Shown piece after piece: positions 13,247 through 22,830 of a stretch of 64,000 bases of DNA; the first letter of the stretch is position 1, and the number at the start of each line of letters is the position of its first letter. Under the pieces are notes generated by a model. It did no database searches. It had not been told where the DNA came from and was given only the letters and a program-made list of their open reading frames with translations. The DNA is from an uncultured delta proteobacterium (lineage in GTDB: Bacteria > Desulfobacterota > Binatia > UBA9968): NCBI GenBank assembly GCA_963771465.1, contig CAVYTU010000009.1, positions 64,001 to 128,000 of the forward strand. The letters are read 5' to 3'. The position numbers were made by a program, and so were the translations under genes.

Positions 13247-14869
13247 ATGCGGATTTTTCTTATCCATATACGCGACCCCCAGTTCTATGCTCTACCGGCG
13301 GCGACCCGCGCAAAGAACGGCAATATACGCGTGATGGGTTTCCCGCCGATCGGGATTATGTCGCTTTCCGCGGTGGTCAAACGCGCCGGGCACGAGTGCG
13401 TGATGTTTGATCAGGCCAATCCGGAGACACCGAATGAGGTCATTGTTGACGAGATTCGCAGACAACAACCCGACCTGGTCGGGTTGAGTTTTTTGAGCAC
13501 GACGAGTTACCCGTACGCCAAGATCCTCGCCCGTCAAATTCGCGCCGCCGATTCCCGTATCCGCTTGGCCTTTGGCGGCGTGTTTGCCACGTTGAACGCC
13601 GAACTCGTCAAGCAGCAGTGTCCAGAGGTGAATTTCGTCTGCCGCGGCGACGGCGAACAGCTGATCCTCGATTTGCTCGAAAGATTGGATGATCCTGACG
13701 ACGTCGCGGGTCTCACTTGGGAAAAAGATGGCCGCGCCGTTCACAACCCGAATCGTGCGCTGGATCGCGACCTTGATCAATGGCCGTTTCCGGACCGAGA
13801 GAGCCTACCTTTGGATTTTGTCGAGTCGATGCCCCTCGATGTGCCTGCGGTGCTGTCGATGGAGCGCTTCACCACGATGCAGACTTCGCGTGGATGTCCG
13901 TGGCCGTGCGTTTTTTGCGATATCCCGATCTTCAATGAAGGCAAGTGGCGCTCACGCAGCCCCCAGCACGTTGTCGACGAGTTCAAGCACTTGCAGTCGC
14001 TGGATTATGGCGCGGTCTATTTTGTCGACGATCATTTTCTCCTCCAACCGAAGCGTATCGAGGCGATCTGCAAGGGCATCAACGACAACGGAATCAACAT
14101 CCAATGGGGCTGCGAGGGTCGCGTGGATTCCACCGCGCAGCACCTTTTTCCAGCCATGGCGAAAGCCCATTGTCGCACGCTGATGTTCGGGATCGAGAGC
14201 GGCAGCCAGAAAGTACTCGATCGATTAAGGAAAGATCAAACGCTGGAGCAGGTCGAGGTAGCGGTCAACAGGGCCAAGCAAGCCGGAATCGAGATCGTTC
14301 ATGGTTTTTTTGTCGTCGGCAATCCAGACGAAACCGTCGAAGATATACGCGCGACGTTCGACTTTGCGGCCAAACTCCGGTTGGACACGTTCGGATTTAA
14401 CCGGCTGTGCGTTTACCGCGGTACGCCGCTGTGGAAGGAGTACGTGGGACGCGGCTTGGTCGACGATGCGAAGGACTGGTTCAAGTACTTTAAATGCTCG
14501 GAGATCGATCCGACCTGCCTGCCGGGTCCGGTAATCAACGCCGAACGTAGCGCCGGATTCCGCAAAATATTCCGCCACAAATTAACCCACTATCCGATGC
14601 AGACGCTTCGATTGCTGCGGCGCTTCATGCGTCACATGCCGCTTCGCGATGTCGTCTACCTCATTATTAAACCCTTCCTCGGACAAAAGCAGGGGCCGAC
14701 CAAGAACGAGATGCTTTCGCGTGCCGTCGAGCATCGCGCGCTCAAAGATGCGGCGGCGAAGTTCACGACGCTCCCCGATGAATTGCTAGCCGACGAGAAT
14801 CGGAGACCATTATCCAGAGATGTAGTCCATGCAGCGGAGCGAAGAATTCTAGGTGAGAGATCGATTTGA
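13247..14869 (+). CDS. Cobalamin-binding radical SAM protein
   Basis: N-terminal B12-binding-like domain (PPIGIMSL...GG...RGDGE), TSRGCPWPCVFC, GIESGSQ. Confidence 0.92.
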   Translation: MRIFLIHIRDPQFYALPAATRAKNGNIRVMGFPPIGIMSLSAVVKRAGHECVMFDQANPETPNEVIVDEIRRQQPDLVGLSFLSTTSYPYAKILARQIRAADSRIRLAFGGVFATLNAELVKQQCPEVNFVCRGDGEQLILDLLERLDDPDDVAGLTWEKDGRAVHNPNRALDRDLDQWPFPDRESLPLDFVESMPLDVPAVLSMERFTTMQTSRGCPWPCVFCDIPIFNEGKWRSRSPQHVVDEFKHLQSLDYGAVYFVDDHFLLQPKRIEAICKGINDNGINIQWGCEGRVDSTAQHLFPAMAKAHCRTLMFGIESGSQKVLDRLRKDQTLEQVEVAVNRAKQAGIEIVHGFFVVGNPDETVEDIRATFDFAAKLRLDTFGFNRLCVYRGTPLWKEYVGRGLVDDAKDWFKYFKCSEIDPTCLPGPVINAERSAGFRKIFRHKLTHYPMQTLRLLRRFMRHMPLRDVVYLIIKPFLGQKQGPTKNEMLSRAVEHRALKDAAAKFTTLPDELLADENRRPLSRDVVHAAERRILGERSI

Positions 14870-15134
14870 TCGGCCATCTGAAGGACAATCATTTGCCTCA
14901 CCCCTTTTGCTTGCTCAACGCACATCCAGCAGCCAGCGCAATCCAATCCCGCCAGCCACGAGGATTGCTGATTCTCGTAGCACACATAACCACTGAAAAA
15001 AACATTTTCCGACTTTGCCATTATTTTGCCAGAAGAAAAATCGGCAATAATTCGAATGCGGTCACGTCTGACAGAACGAATCGGGGCAAACTATAAAATC
15101 TCCGGCTATATCGACAATGCGATGAAAGCGCTTC

Positions 15135-15830
15135 TCACTGTGCGCGAAAGACGATCGGCCCAATAAAGGATTCGGCCGTCGAGTGGGTGTCATTCGAGTC
15201 GATCGAAATCGTAATGGCACCGGGATTATCGGGGAATTCGCCATAGATCTTCGCATAATCTTCGACGACGTTGCGACGTTCCGTAAGCCACTTACCGAGA
15301 TCTCGCGAGCCGGAACGCATCACCACAAACCTGACCGTCCCGGTCTTCTGGCTCTGCACAATCGTTGTGACCGGAGTCGTCGCGTCCCAGACATATCCAA
15401 TAATCCGCGAGCGAAGGAGTGCGGGAACCCGCGGCCATACGACGTAGAGTTGGGCTGCCATATCCGTGGTTTCTTTCCGCCGCAGGTCGCCGCCCGTCGG
15501 GAGAATGGTCGCCTTCCAGGTCCATTCCAGAATGGGGGTTTCTTTCAAGTTTACTTTGCCTGTGATGTCTCTTGCGATGGTCGAATGCTCGTCTCGACTC
15601 TCGAGGTGGATAACCCGCCTGCCGTCGCCTTGCTCGATCGTGAAATCGTACTCGGCACGCTGTCCAAAGGCTTCGCCCTTCCAGCCCGAAGGAATTCCTT
15701 TTCGGCTCACCGCCTGGGTCAACCAGTCCTCAATCACGACGACGCGATCGGCCCCCGCTGCCGTTAGAAGGAAAACCGCGGACAGCAAACCAACCCATTT
15801 ACTGGCGATCAGTAGGTCACCCTTATTCAT
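15135..15830 (-). CDS. DUF3047-family secreted protein
   Basis: TPILEWTWK...D..AQLYVVW...IGYVWD...WLTERRNVVEDY...DSNDT pattern. Confidence 0.75.
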   Translation of the reverse strand: MNKGDLLIASKWVGLLSAVFLLTAAGADRVVVIEDWLTQAVSRKGIPSGWKGEAFGQRAEYDFTIEQGDGRRVIHLESRDEHSTIARDITGKVNLKETPILEWTWKATILPTGGDLRRKETTDMAAQLYVVWPRVPALLRSRIIGYVWDATTPVTTIVQSQKTGTVRFVVMRSGSRDLGKWLTERRNVVEDYAKIYGEFPDNPGAITISIDSNDTHSTAESFIGPIVFRAQ

Positions 15831-15910
15831 ATCGAACTGTCGAATTATCCACCACGGAGTGGCTTGCCGCACCTACTAGAAAGCATTTCGGCCCTATGAG
15901 CCGAATGGTC

Positions 15911-15930
15911 ATTGGACCAAAGTCCAATAG
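15911..15930. promoter_or_regulatory. Palindrome ATTGGAC-CAAA-GTCCAAT, copy 1
   Basis: Identical 20-mer at 45341-45360. Confidence 0.55.
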
Positions 15931-16100
15931 ATAGACTTGGAGAGTTCTTGATAGAAGCTCAATCATTGTTCAACGAACTTTAATTCCATGACAACGGGCA
16001 AGTGTCGCCGGAAGAAATCAATTGGAAAATTGGAATGGTGAAATAATGAATAGCGCGTATCAGCGAGTTTGTCATCACTAGCTGCCATAAAAGAGAATTA

Positions 16101-16605
16101 ATGATGTCGCCTGAGCACAGATACTTAAATTTCGCGTTGATTGTATCGGTGCTCTTTCTGATGTTTGCCCCAAACGCTGGGCCGAGACCGCGAAGGAACA
16201 ACTTCAAGGTAGCATGGATCGCGTCATCGAAGTTCTCCGGACCATCCGAAGCCCGGAAGATATTGAGGAGAAACAGGAATTCTCTGCGGAGATCCTTTTG
16301 GTCCGCTTTGATTTTGCGGCAATGGCAAGGATCGCTCGGGACTCGGTGGAATGATCTGAAGGGCAAGGAAGAAGAATTTGTATCGGTGTTCACTGACTTT
16401 GTCGAACACTCGTATATGAGCACACTCGGTTCTTACCGAGGTGAAAAAATAGTTTATGACCACGACCGGTCGGATGGAGAATCGGCGGAAGTCGACACGC
16501 GGGTTGTTGGCGGCGAGGGGAATCCGATCAAAATCGAATACAAGCCTCCATCTCACGGATGGACAGCGGATGGTCTACGATGCGGTTATCGATGACGTCA
16601 GCTGA
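16101..16605 (+). pseudogene. MlaC/Ttg2D-family phospholipid-binding protein, frameshifted
   Basis: Pieces across frames: RFDFAAMAR, LGTRWNDL...EEFVSVFTDFVEHSY...AEVDTRVV, VYDAVIDDVS. Confidence 0.7.
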
Positions 16606-16768
16606 AAAAAGATGGGAAGTATGGCGAGGACAGAATCGAACTGCCGAGCGAGAATTCAGTCCTTTGCCGCACCGGGCGTCACCTGCGATTTTTTTTGTTG
16701 ATTATCGTCAAGGAATTTTGATAAATCGCGTGTGCATTATCCTGCTTTCGGCGCATAGAAAGGGCAAC

Positions 16769-17980
16769 ATGGGAATGAAATCGTCTCTCGTTCGTATTGG
16801 AAGCAGCCTGTTGATGCTTACAATTTTTTCTGGAACGGCGTCTTCGAGCGACACTAACAATCCAGAGTCGGTCAGTCTTGCAGTCACGAGTGCGTGCGAT
16901 TCTACGGATTGTGCTCAGGAACTTCAGCCATGCCAAGCCTTTTGTGCTTTGCTATTCAACCGAACTGCCGTCCAAAGGATGAGCCTTGCTCCGCGGCAGC
17001 TTGACTATTCAGTCACTGCCATTCCAAGAGTGAATCCAAGTAACACCCAGCTTGCGCCCAAGGAAGCACCGTGGTCGAAAGGGCCGACAAAAGACGGGTG
17101 GCCAATCCGTTACATGACAGCAGCCGCGGAAACAGCCGAGCCGAGCGGCTCCCAAAGCGCCACGCCGACGAGCGCCGAAAGACCACAACCGCACTGGTCG
17201 CATTTACCGATTTGGGGCGCCGAGGCCGAGGCCAAAGGCTATGGGATTCCGCTCCCGTTCGGAATAGGAGCCACTTTCTACGACGCGAAACAACCGGTCA
17301 ATGTCAGGGACCTTAAGTTGGGCATCGGTAGGGGCCCGACGGAGTCGGCCACGTTCGTAAAAGTCGGTCAGCCGATTGTCTCGTGGCAGCAGAACGTCTC
17401 GAGCAGATTCGATGTCTGGCTTTTGCCGTTTTTTAACTTATACGGCGTCTTCGGCTACACCAGGGGAAACACAAGAGGACGGGTGAGCGTTACCGGTCCG
17501 GTTTTCGGACTTTTAAACGAGGAGCTCCGGCTCTTTGCCGAATTCAACGGTCCCACTGTCGGTGGAGGCATGACCCTCGGGTTCGGCCATAAAATCACGG
17601 AGTGGCACGATCTGACCGCTTTCATCGTAGGCGACGTCAACCATACGGTGACATTCCTGTCCTTCAAAAATGAAAGTTTGATCGCTCACACAAAGCCTCA
17701 GGCGACGGTGGCCGCCCCAAGAGTCGGTTTGCGCGGTCAAGTGACGGAATCCATTAACGTCGGCATGTGGGTGGGCGGCATGTATCAACTGATCCAGGAA
17801 GAGGTCGTGGGTTCAGTTGCCGGTCGACAGCTTGAATTTATTATCAACCAGCGTGCAGCGTCTCCATGGAACACTCTGGTCGGTGGTCAGATCGAATTCG
17901 GTAAGCACTTCCACATCGTTATCGAAGGAGGTTTTGGAGATCGCTCATCGATTCTCACGGGAGCCACATTTCGGTTCTGA
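16769..17980 (+). CDS. Outer-membrane beta-barrel protein, uncharacterised
   Basis: Signal peptide; LPIWGAEAEAKGYGIPLPFGIG, DVWLLPFFNLYG; C-terminal TFRF. Confidence 0.75.
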   Translation: MGMKSSLVRIGSSLLMLTIFSGTASSSDTNNPESVSLAVTSACDSTDCAQELQPCQAFCALLFNRTAVQRMSLAPRQLDYSVTAIPRVNPSNTQLAPKEAPWSKGPTKDGWPIRYMTAAAETAEPSGSQSATPTSAERPQPHWSHLPIWGAEAEAKGYGIPLPFGIGATFYDAKQPVNVRDLKLGIGRGPTESATFVKVGQPIVSWQQNVSSRFDVWLLPFFNLYGVFGYTRGNTRGRVSVTGPVFGLLNEELRLFAEFNGPTVGGGMTLGFGHKITEWHDLTAFIVGDVNHTVTFLSFKNESLIAHTKPQATVAAPRVGLRGQVTESINVGMWVGGMYQLIQEEVVGSVAGRQLEFIINQRAASPWNTLVGGQIEFGKHFHIVIEGGFGDRSSILTGATFRF

Positions 17981-18242
17981 CCGACTCATACGGCGAGACT
18001 CTAAATCGTAAAATACCTGCAGCTTGCTCTCGGGATTGAACTCAAAGAAGCTTCATTGATTTCGAATAAGAACCCGCCGTGGATGATGAAGGGCCCGGCC
18101 GCCAAGGACTCTTCCCGTGCCGGGCGATTTCCCGAAGCAACAGCAAGGCTGATACCGTTCTCAACAGTCATGCAGCGCGCCATTTATTCGACGTCTAAGG
18201 AAAGGTCGACACCTCTCAGCATGCATATCTCTTAGAGATGTC

Positions 18243-18280
18243 CTAAGTAAATTCTTAATAAATATCAGGGCGACCCTGAT
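18243..18280 (+). promoter_or_regulatory. 17-bp palindromic operator plus upstream secondary site
   Basis: Perfect ATCAGGG-CGA-CCCTGAT at 18264-18280; CTAAGTAAATTCTTAAT 21 bp upstream. Confidence 0.7.
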
Positions 18281-18388
18281 TAACAATCTCACAGCGGAAT
18301 TTCATAATAAAATTCTAAGGGACTGACTGACAATAGACGATCGCGGTGCCAATCTCTTGCGCCGTCCCTTAACCAGGAGAGGTGAAAC

Positions 18389-19002
18389 ATGAGGACAAGA
18401 TATCAGTGGGACAACAGCATGTTACCGATCCTCGGAATGGCGTTCCTTCTGACCGCGTGCAGCGCCACAGTCAACTGGGATTACCCTCGCAATCCGTCAA
18501 ATACTTTCGCAAATCCGGAAACCACCACCGTCGGTGCGCTGTTTCAGGAAGCGGCCGACAAACATCCGGGAGTATCCGGCTTCTCTCTTATTCGGCAAGG
18601 CGGTCAGGCGTTTATGGCTCGGCTGGCGATGGCCGACTTAGCCGAAAAGACCTTGGACGGGCAGTACTACATCTGGGATGGCGACACCACCGGCCTGATT
18701 TTGGCCGACCATCTGCTGCGCGCCGCGGACCGCGGCGTCCGTGTCGATCGCAGGCCCTCAACACCGAGATCGGCGTGATGATCGACAGTCCAGAGATTGC
18801 CAGCCAGGTGGCAGAGTTGATGGATGAAGGGGTCGCCCCCGGCAGCGCCTTTCACGTCACCCTCGACAAGAACGATAATCTGCTGTGGACCAATGAGTAT
18901 AAAGACTCAAAAGTCGTGTACGACACAGACCCCGACACAAACTTCTTTTATCGGTTTATCGTTAGCGTCATCGGCATGCTGCCGATTGAGGACCAGCTAT
19001 AG
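18389..19002 (+). pseudogene. Phospholipase D / ClsC-like lipoprotein with a large internal deletion
   Basis: N-terminal LTAC lipobox...QYYIWDGDTTG...AADRGVRV joined out of frame to C-terminal RSQALNTEIG...LPIEDQL; no HKD motif remains. Confidence 0.8.
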
Positions 19003-19218
19003 AGGAGGCTGAGGCGGTGGCTGGAATCTTTACCAAAGAGACGATGAACAATCTTGCCGCGACGCTTCTGCTTTAGAACGCATCGGCATGAGGACTGCGT
19101 ATTGAGGTTGTTTCAAGTCGTTGTGGCATTTGACACGTTATAAAAATGGCCGTTTATACGACTTCGGGCTCGTACATCTTCAGCCCTTATGGCTGGACTC
19201 AGGTATTTAGAAGCCCAA

Positions 19219-19235
19219 ATTGGGTAAATCCCGAT
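19219..19235 (+). promoter_or_regulatory. 17-bp palindromic operator variant
   Basis: ATTGGGTAAATCCCGAT upstream of the gene at 19374. Confidence 0.5.
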
Positions 19236-19373
19236 GTTCATACAAAGCGAAAGCGATAAGATTGCCAGCGTCGCGCGACAATCAGATGCCAAAGCGCGAG
19301 TTTCGGAATTGCGCTAAAACGCAATGAAATTGATCGTGGGACAACAAATCCAAATACAATTAAGGAGAAATAT

Positions 19374-19955
19374 ATGAAAACCTTCGGGATGATACTGACC
19401 GCGGTCATGCTGCTTGTGGGGCTAACATCCGTGACGATTGCGCAACAGAAAGACAGCGATGACAAGAGCGCAAAGCCTAGTCGAGTTACTGTAGGCGTGG
19501 TCAAATTGACCGGCACGGTTAAAGCCGTTGATCTTGAAAAGAAAACCGCCACCGTCGAAGGATCGGGTGGTCGAGTGGTCACAGTGGATGCGAAGAATGC
19601 GAGAAATCTGGACCAGGTCAAAATAGGGGACAAAGTGAATCTTACGTATACGCAGGAGCGCGCCGTGTTCGTAAGAAAAACCGACGAGCCACCCAGCGCA
19701 GCAGAGGCACGATCGGTGCAGCTAGCACCCAAGGGTGAAAAACCGGGCGGAGTCATTGTCCAGACGATCGAGCTGAGTGGCAGCGTAGAATCGGTCGATC
19801 CCCAGAAGCACCTGATTGTATTGAAGGGTCCTGCCGGCAACGTGAGAACCTTTACGGTCGACCCTGGCGTGAAGAATCTCAGTCAAATCAAGAAAGGCGA
19901 TCAGGTCGTTTTGAGATTCACTGAAAGCGTAGCCCTCAGCGTTGTGAAGCCCTGA
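19374..19955 (+). CDS. Secreted protein with two OB-fold-like repeats
   Basis: TAAGGAG RBS, signal peptide; repeated G.V..VD...NL.Q.K.GD.V. Confidence 0.8.
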   Translation: MKTFGMILTAVMLLVGLTSVTIAQQKDSDDKSAKPSRVTVGVVKLTGTVKAVDLEKKTATVEGSGGRVVTVDAKNARNLDQVKIGDKVNLTYTQERAVFVRKTDEPPSAAEARSVQLAPKGEKPGGVIVQTIELSGSVESVDPQKHLIVLKGPAGNVRTFTVDPGVKNLSQIKKGDQVVLRFTESVALSVVKP

Positions 19956-20181
19956 GCGGTTTTACTAGAGGTAGTTACCCATTAGATCTGGCTAGCTTTG
20001 CAACGCACGGCGCGAATGGGTATCCATGGTGAGCACATATAATACTTGGCGAACCTGCGCGTCGCGTCCTCAGGAGCCTTCTATTCAAAACGGCTGCAGC
20101 ACTTTGTCACAACTATTTGTCTTTATGTGTTCGAATCGGCAAAACGAGACTCAGAACACCGCAGTTAAACGGCGGCTTTAC

Positions 20182-20502
20182 TCATGTTGAATTATTAAGC
20201 CGGGCGCTACCCTTTTGAGTCATGCGGTGAGGCAGACCAAGTTCTTGAGCCGTGTCGTTATCAATCTTTCCAGTTACATTCAGTTGCCTTGATTCTTGGA
20301 ACGACCGCAACGCCTCACGTGTGCGCTCATTCATTGTCCCGTCCACTGGTCCTGAATAAAAACCATTCTGCCTCAAAAGCTGCTGCGCTTCGGCATATTT
20401 GAAGCTTCGACATCTGATCAACGCTGATGCCGGAGATCGACCGACGGATCGAGTCGACGAAACTCGGCGCCCCAGCGGAACAACACATCGATCTGCACTC
20501 AT
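20182..20502 (-). pseudogene. Peptidoglycan-binding domain protein fragment
   Basis: AQQLLRQNGFYSGPVDGTMNERTREALRSFQ...LNVTGKID; no credible N-terminus. Confidence 0.55.
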
Positions 20503-20585
20503 GCGATTTCATCGCTGAAGGCGCTGATGCGGGGTCCGTAATCCGACGACGTGTGCGAATCTATAGGATTCCTACAATCGCTGGT

Positions 20586-20625
20586 ATCGGGTGTTCCCTG
20601 ATTTTGCGTCCGTTTTTTTCCTTAG
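20586..20625 (-). promoter_or_regulatory. 17-bp palindromic operator plus secondary site
   Basis: ATCGGGTGTTCCCTGAT at 20586-20602, followed by GCGTCC...TTCCTTAG. Confidence 0.55.
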
Positions 20626-20695
20626 CCTGAAGGATTCGGAACCGTTTCCGCCGCTGATCGTTGAGGTGCGCCGAAACGCGCGGCACGAGACTCAG

Positions 20696-21520
20696 TCACC
20701 CGAGCAGAAACACAAGAAAAAACATCTGGAGGACGTTGGCGCCAATTTTCCACGATAAATTGAGCGTTGTAGCGCGATTGATATAATCAACGCGGACTTC
20801 GTTGGCCAGTCGATCCAGCCTAGCTTTGATCCCGCCCTCCGCCTTTGCAGCCCGCTCCTGCAGCGAAACAATCTTCGCCTCGGCTTCAAGCTTGATTGAC
20901 GCGGCGCGATATCTGGCCCGGTCTTGTGTCGCCTGTAACCTGTCCTTTTTTACCTTCAGCATTACTTGCAGTTGGTCCTTCGATTGATCGCGCGTGTGTA
21001 ATAGTTGTCCCTCGATGGTGTGGATTTCGCGGTGCAAAGCGTCCAACTCGTTGGCTATCTGCGCATCCACGACTTCGCGTCGCACACAACGAAATACAAT
21101 TCCGCCCTGAGATTCTAGCAAAGTATCAATGGGGGTCAGCCGTTCCTCGTCGATCTCGGACACAATAGCTGCTGTTCCGGGCAATAGATGGCGCGATACT
21201 TCGTCGAGAAAGCCGCCGTCGACACCAACGTTCGCCAATTCTAGCATCAAGTCAGTGGTGCATTCTGCTGTGGCCTCCTCCGCGGATTGCCACGAGTGAT
21301 CGAGTAAGCCGATTAAACTACGAGTGGCTGTTGCGAGAGCCGGATCTGGAGAATTTTGATCGCGCGCGAAAGTCACGATGGCAATCCTTTTAAAGCCTTT
21401 TAGGATCACCGCCGAAGCGTACACCAGTACCACGCCCTCAGTGCTCAGTTCTTTCATCGCGCGCGCAGCGGCCGACGCCTGTCTTTCAGTTTCAAATACC
21501 GCGACAAGCATGTTATCCAT
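20696..21520 (-). CDS. DUF1269-like protein with C-terminal coiled coil
   Basis: MLVAVFETE..A, GVDGGFLDEVSRHLLPGTAAIVSEIDE...GGIVFR. Confidence 0.65.
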   Translation of the reverse strand: MDNMLVAVFETERQASAAARAMKELSTEGVVLVYASAVILKGFKRIAIVTFARDQNSPDPALATATRSLIGLLDHSWQSAEEATAECTTDLMLELANVGVDGGFLDEVSRHLLPGTAAIVSEIDEERLTPIDTLLESQGGIVFRCVRREVVDAQIANELDALHREIHTIEGQLLHTRDQSKDQLQVMLKVKKDRLQATQDRARYRAASIKLEAEAKIVSLQERAAKAEGGIKARLDRLANEVRVDYINRATTLNLSWKIGANVLQMFFLVFLLG

Positions 21521-21550
21521 GGCAAACTCCGTTTCGCCCGTATTCTGTAT

Positions 21551-22504
21551 TTATCTTTCACTTTCACAGTCGCGGAGATGCGGTCTCCGGACCGTCGTGG
21601 CGCCGTCGAGCGAGCGGAATTTTTTACGCTTGGCATCGATCATTCCCAGGTAATGGTAGATGCGACCCTTGCTGCGATAGCGCTTCCGCTCTTTGCCTAT
21701 CAACGTGTAATAGACATACTGCGCATTCGCGCGTACAAGATTAAACCCTATTCGAACATAACTGCGATCGCTCATCAGTAATCGACTCTTGCCTTGTTGC
21801 CAGTGTCTCTTTATAAAGTATTCGTCGGTGAATCGGTTCCGGTCCACGTGATGGTACACTACGGCGTTGGGCGCTAGTCCAATGGCGATACCCCATTGCG
21901 CCAACCGGGAAGCGAATTCCACGTCTTCAGATGTTCCCGAAGCACCCGGACCCAGGCGTTCGTCGAATCCCCCGATGCGATCGAAGGTGCCGCGCCGCAC
22001 AAAAAAATTAGACCCATTCAAGGATCGGACTTCCTTCAGACTCGAGTCGTGATCGATAATCGGAATCGTTCGATACCGTTGGTTTAGTCTCTGAACCTTG
22101 GGATCATCTCCGGCCGGAGATTGAAGTCGAACCGTGCCTTGTCCGACGCCGTACCCACTCGTGTTAAAAAACGTTTCAACAGACGTTAGCCACGTCTTAT
22201 CCACGATGACGTCATCGTCTAAAAATGCCAGGACGTTACCCGTCGATAGGTTTACGGCATCGTTAATCGCTGCCGATTTTCCGCCCCGTAGCGCCCGCAG
22301 AAAACGGATTGTCGTTGGGAAGGACCCCGCGATCCCCGTGAGGTACTCATACGTATCGTCCCGTGAGTTATTATTAGCAACAATGATTTCCGGCACGATC
22401 CGGTCAATTGCAGTTAGTTGTCTAATGCTGTCCAGGAGGTGAGAAAGTATTTCGCGTCGATCTTTGGTGGGAATAATGATCGTCGGTTGAAATGGCATAG
22501 CCAT
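21551..22504 (-). CDS. Family 2 glycosyltransferase
   Basis: IIIPTKDR, NNNSRD, FLDDD, GGFDERLG, SEDVEF. Confidence 0.9.
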   Translation of the reverse strand: MAMPFQPTIIIPTKDRREILSHLLDSIRQLTAIDRIVPEIIVANNNSRDDTYEYLTGIAGSFPTTIRFLRALRGGKSAAINDAVNLSTGNVLAFLDDDVIVDKTWLTSVETFFNTSGYGVGQGTVRLQSPAGDDPKVQRLNQRYRTIPIIDHDSSLKEVRSLNGSNFFVRRGTFDRIGGFDERLGPGASGTSEDVEFASRLAQWGIAIGLAPNAVVYHHVDRNRFTDEYFIKRHWQQGKSRLLMSDRSYVRIGFNLVRANAQYVYYTLIGKERKRYRSKGRIYHYLGMIDAKRKKFRSLDGATTVRRPHLRDCESER

Positions 22505-22830
22505 CCTCGTCTGCGCGTGGCAAGAGACCTTCCGTTTATCGCTATCAACCGCCAATTGAAGTGTGCTGGCTTTAAATATACCGAGCCTATGATTGATGCT
22601 GTACTCTCGTGAGGCTAACCTGGATGGCGCTCGGTGACTATCAGGCACTCGCTGATTTGCGACCTCCAAAAACCTGAGAAGGAGTAGTGCGATTCGCGCG
22701 GAAGCAGAAAGCTCAATCGGGCAGCGTCAATTTCACTGGAATACTGATTTATCGGATGGCGGTTCTCGGGCGTTACCAATGAGGCATCCGATCTGATATA
22801 AAGAACCGGCGGGTGCTTTGCGGGATCTGG

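Noticed and set aside
15016-15032. GG-N10-GC sigma54-like element on the minus strand
   Set aside because: It points into the antisense of the radical SAM gene, with no downstream gene.
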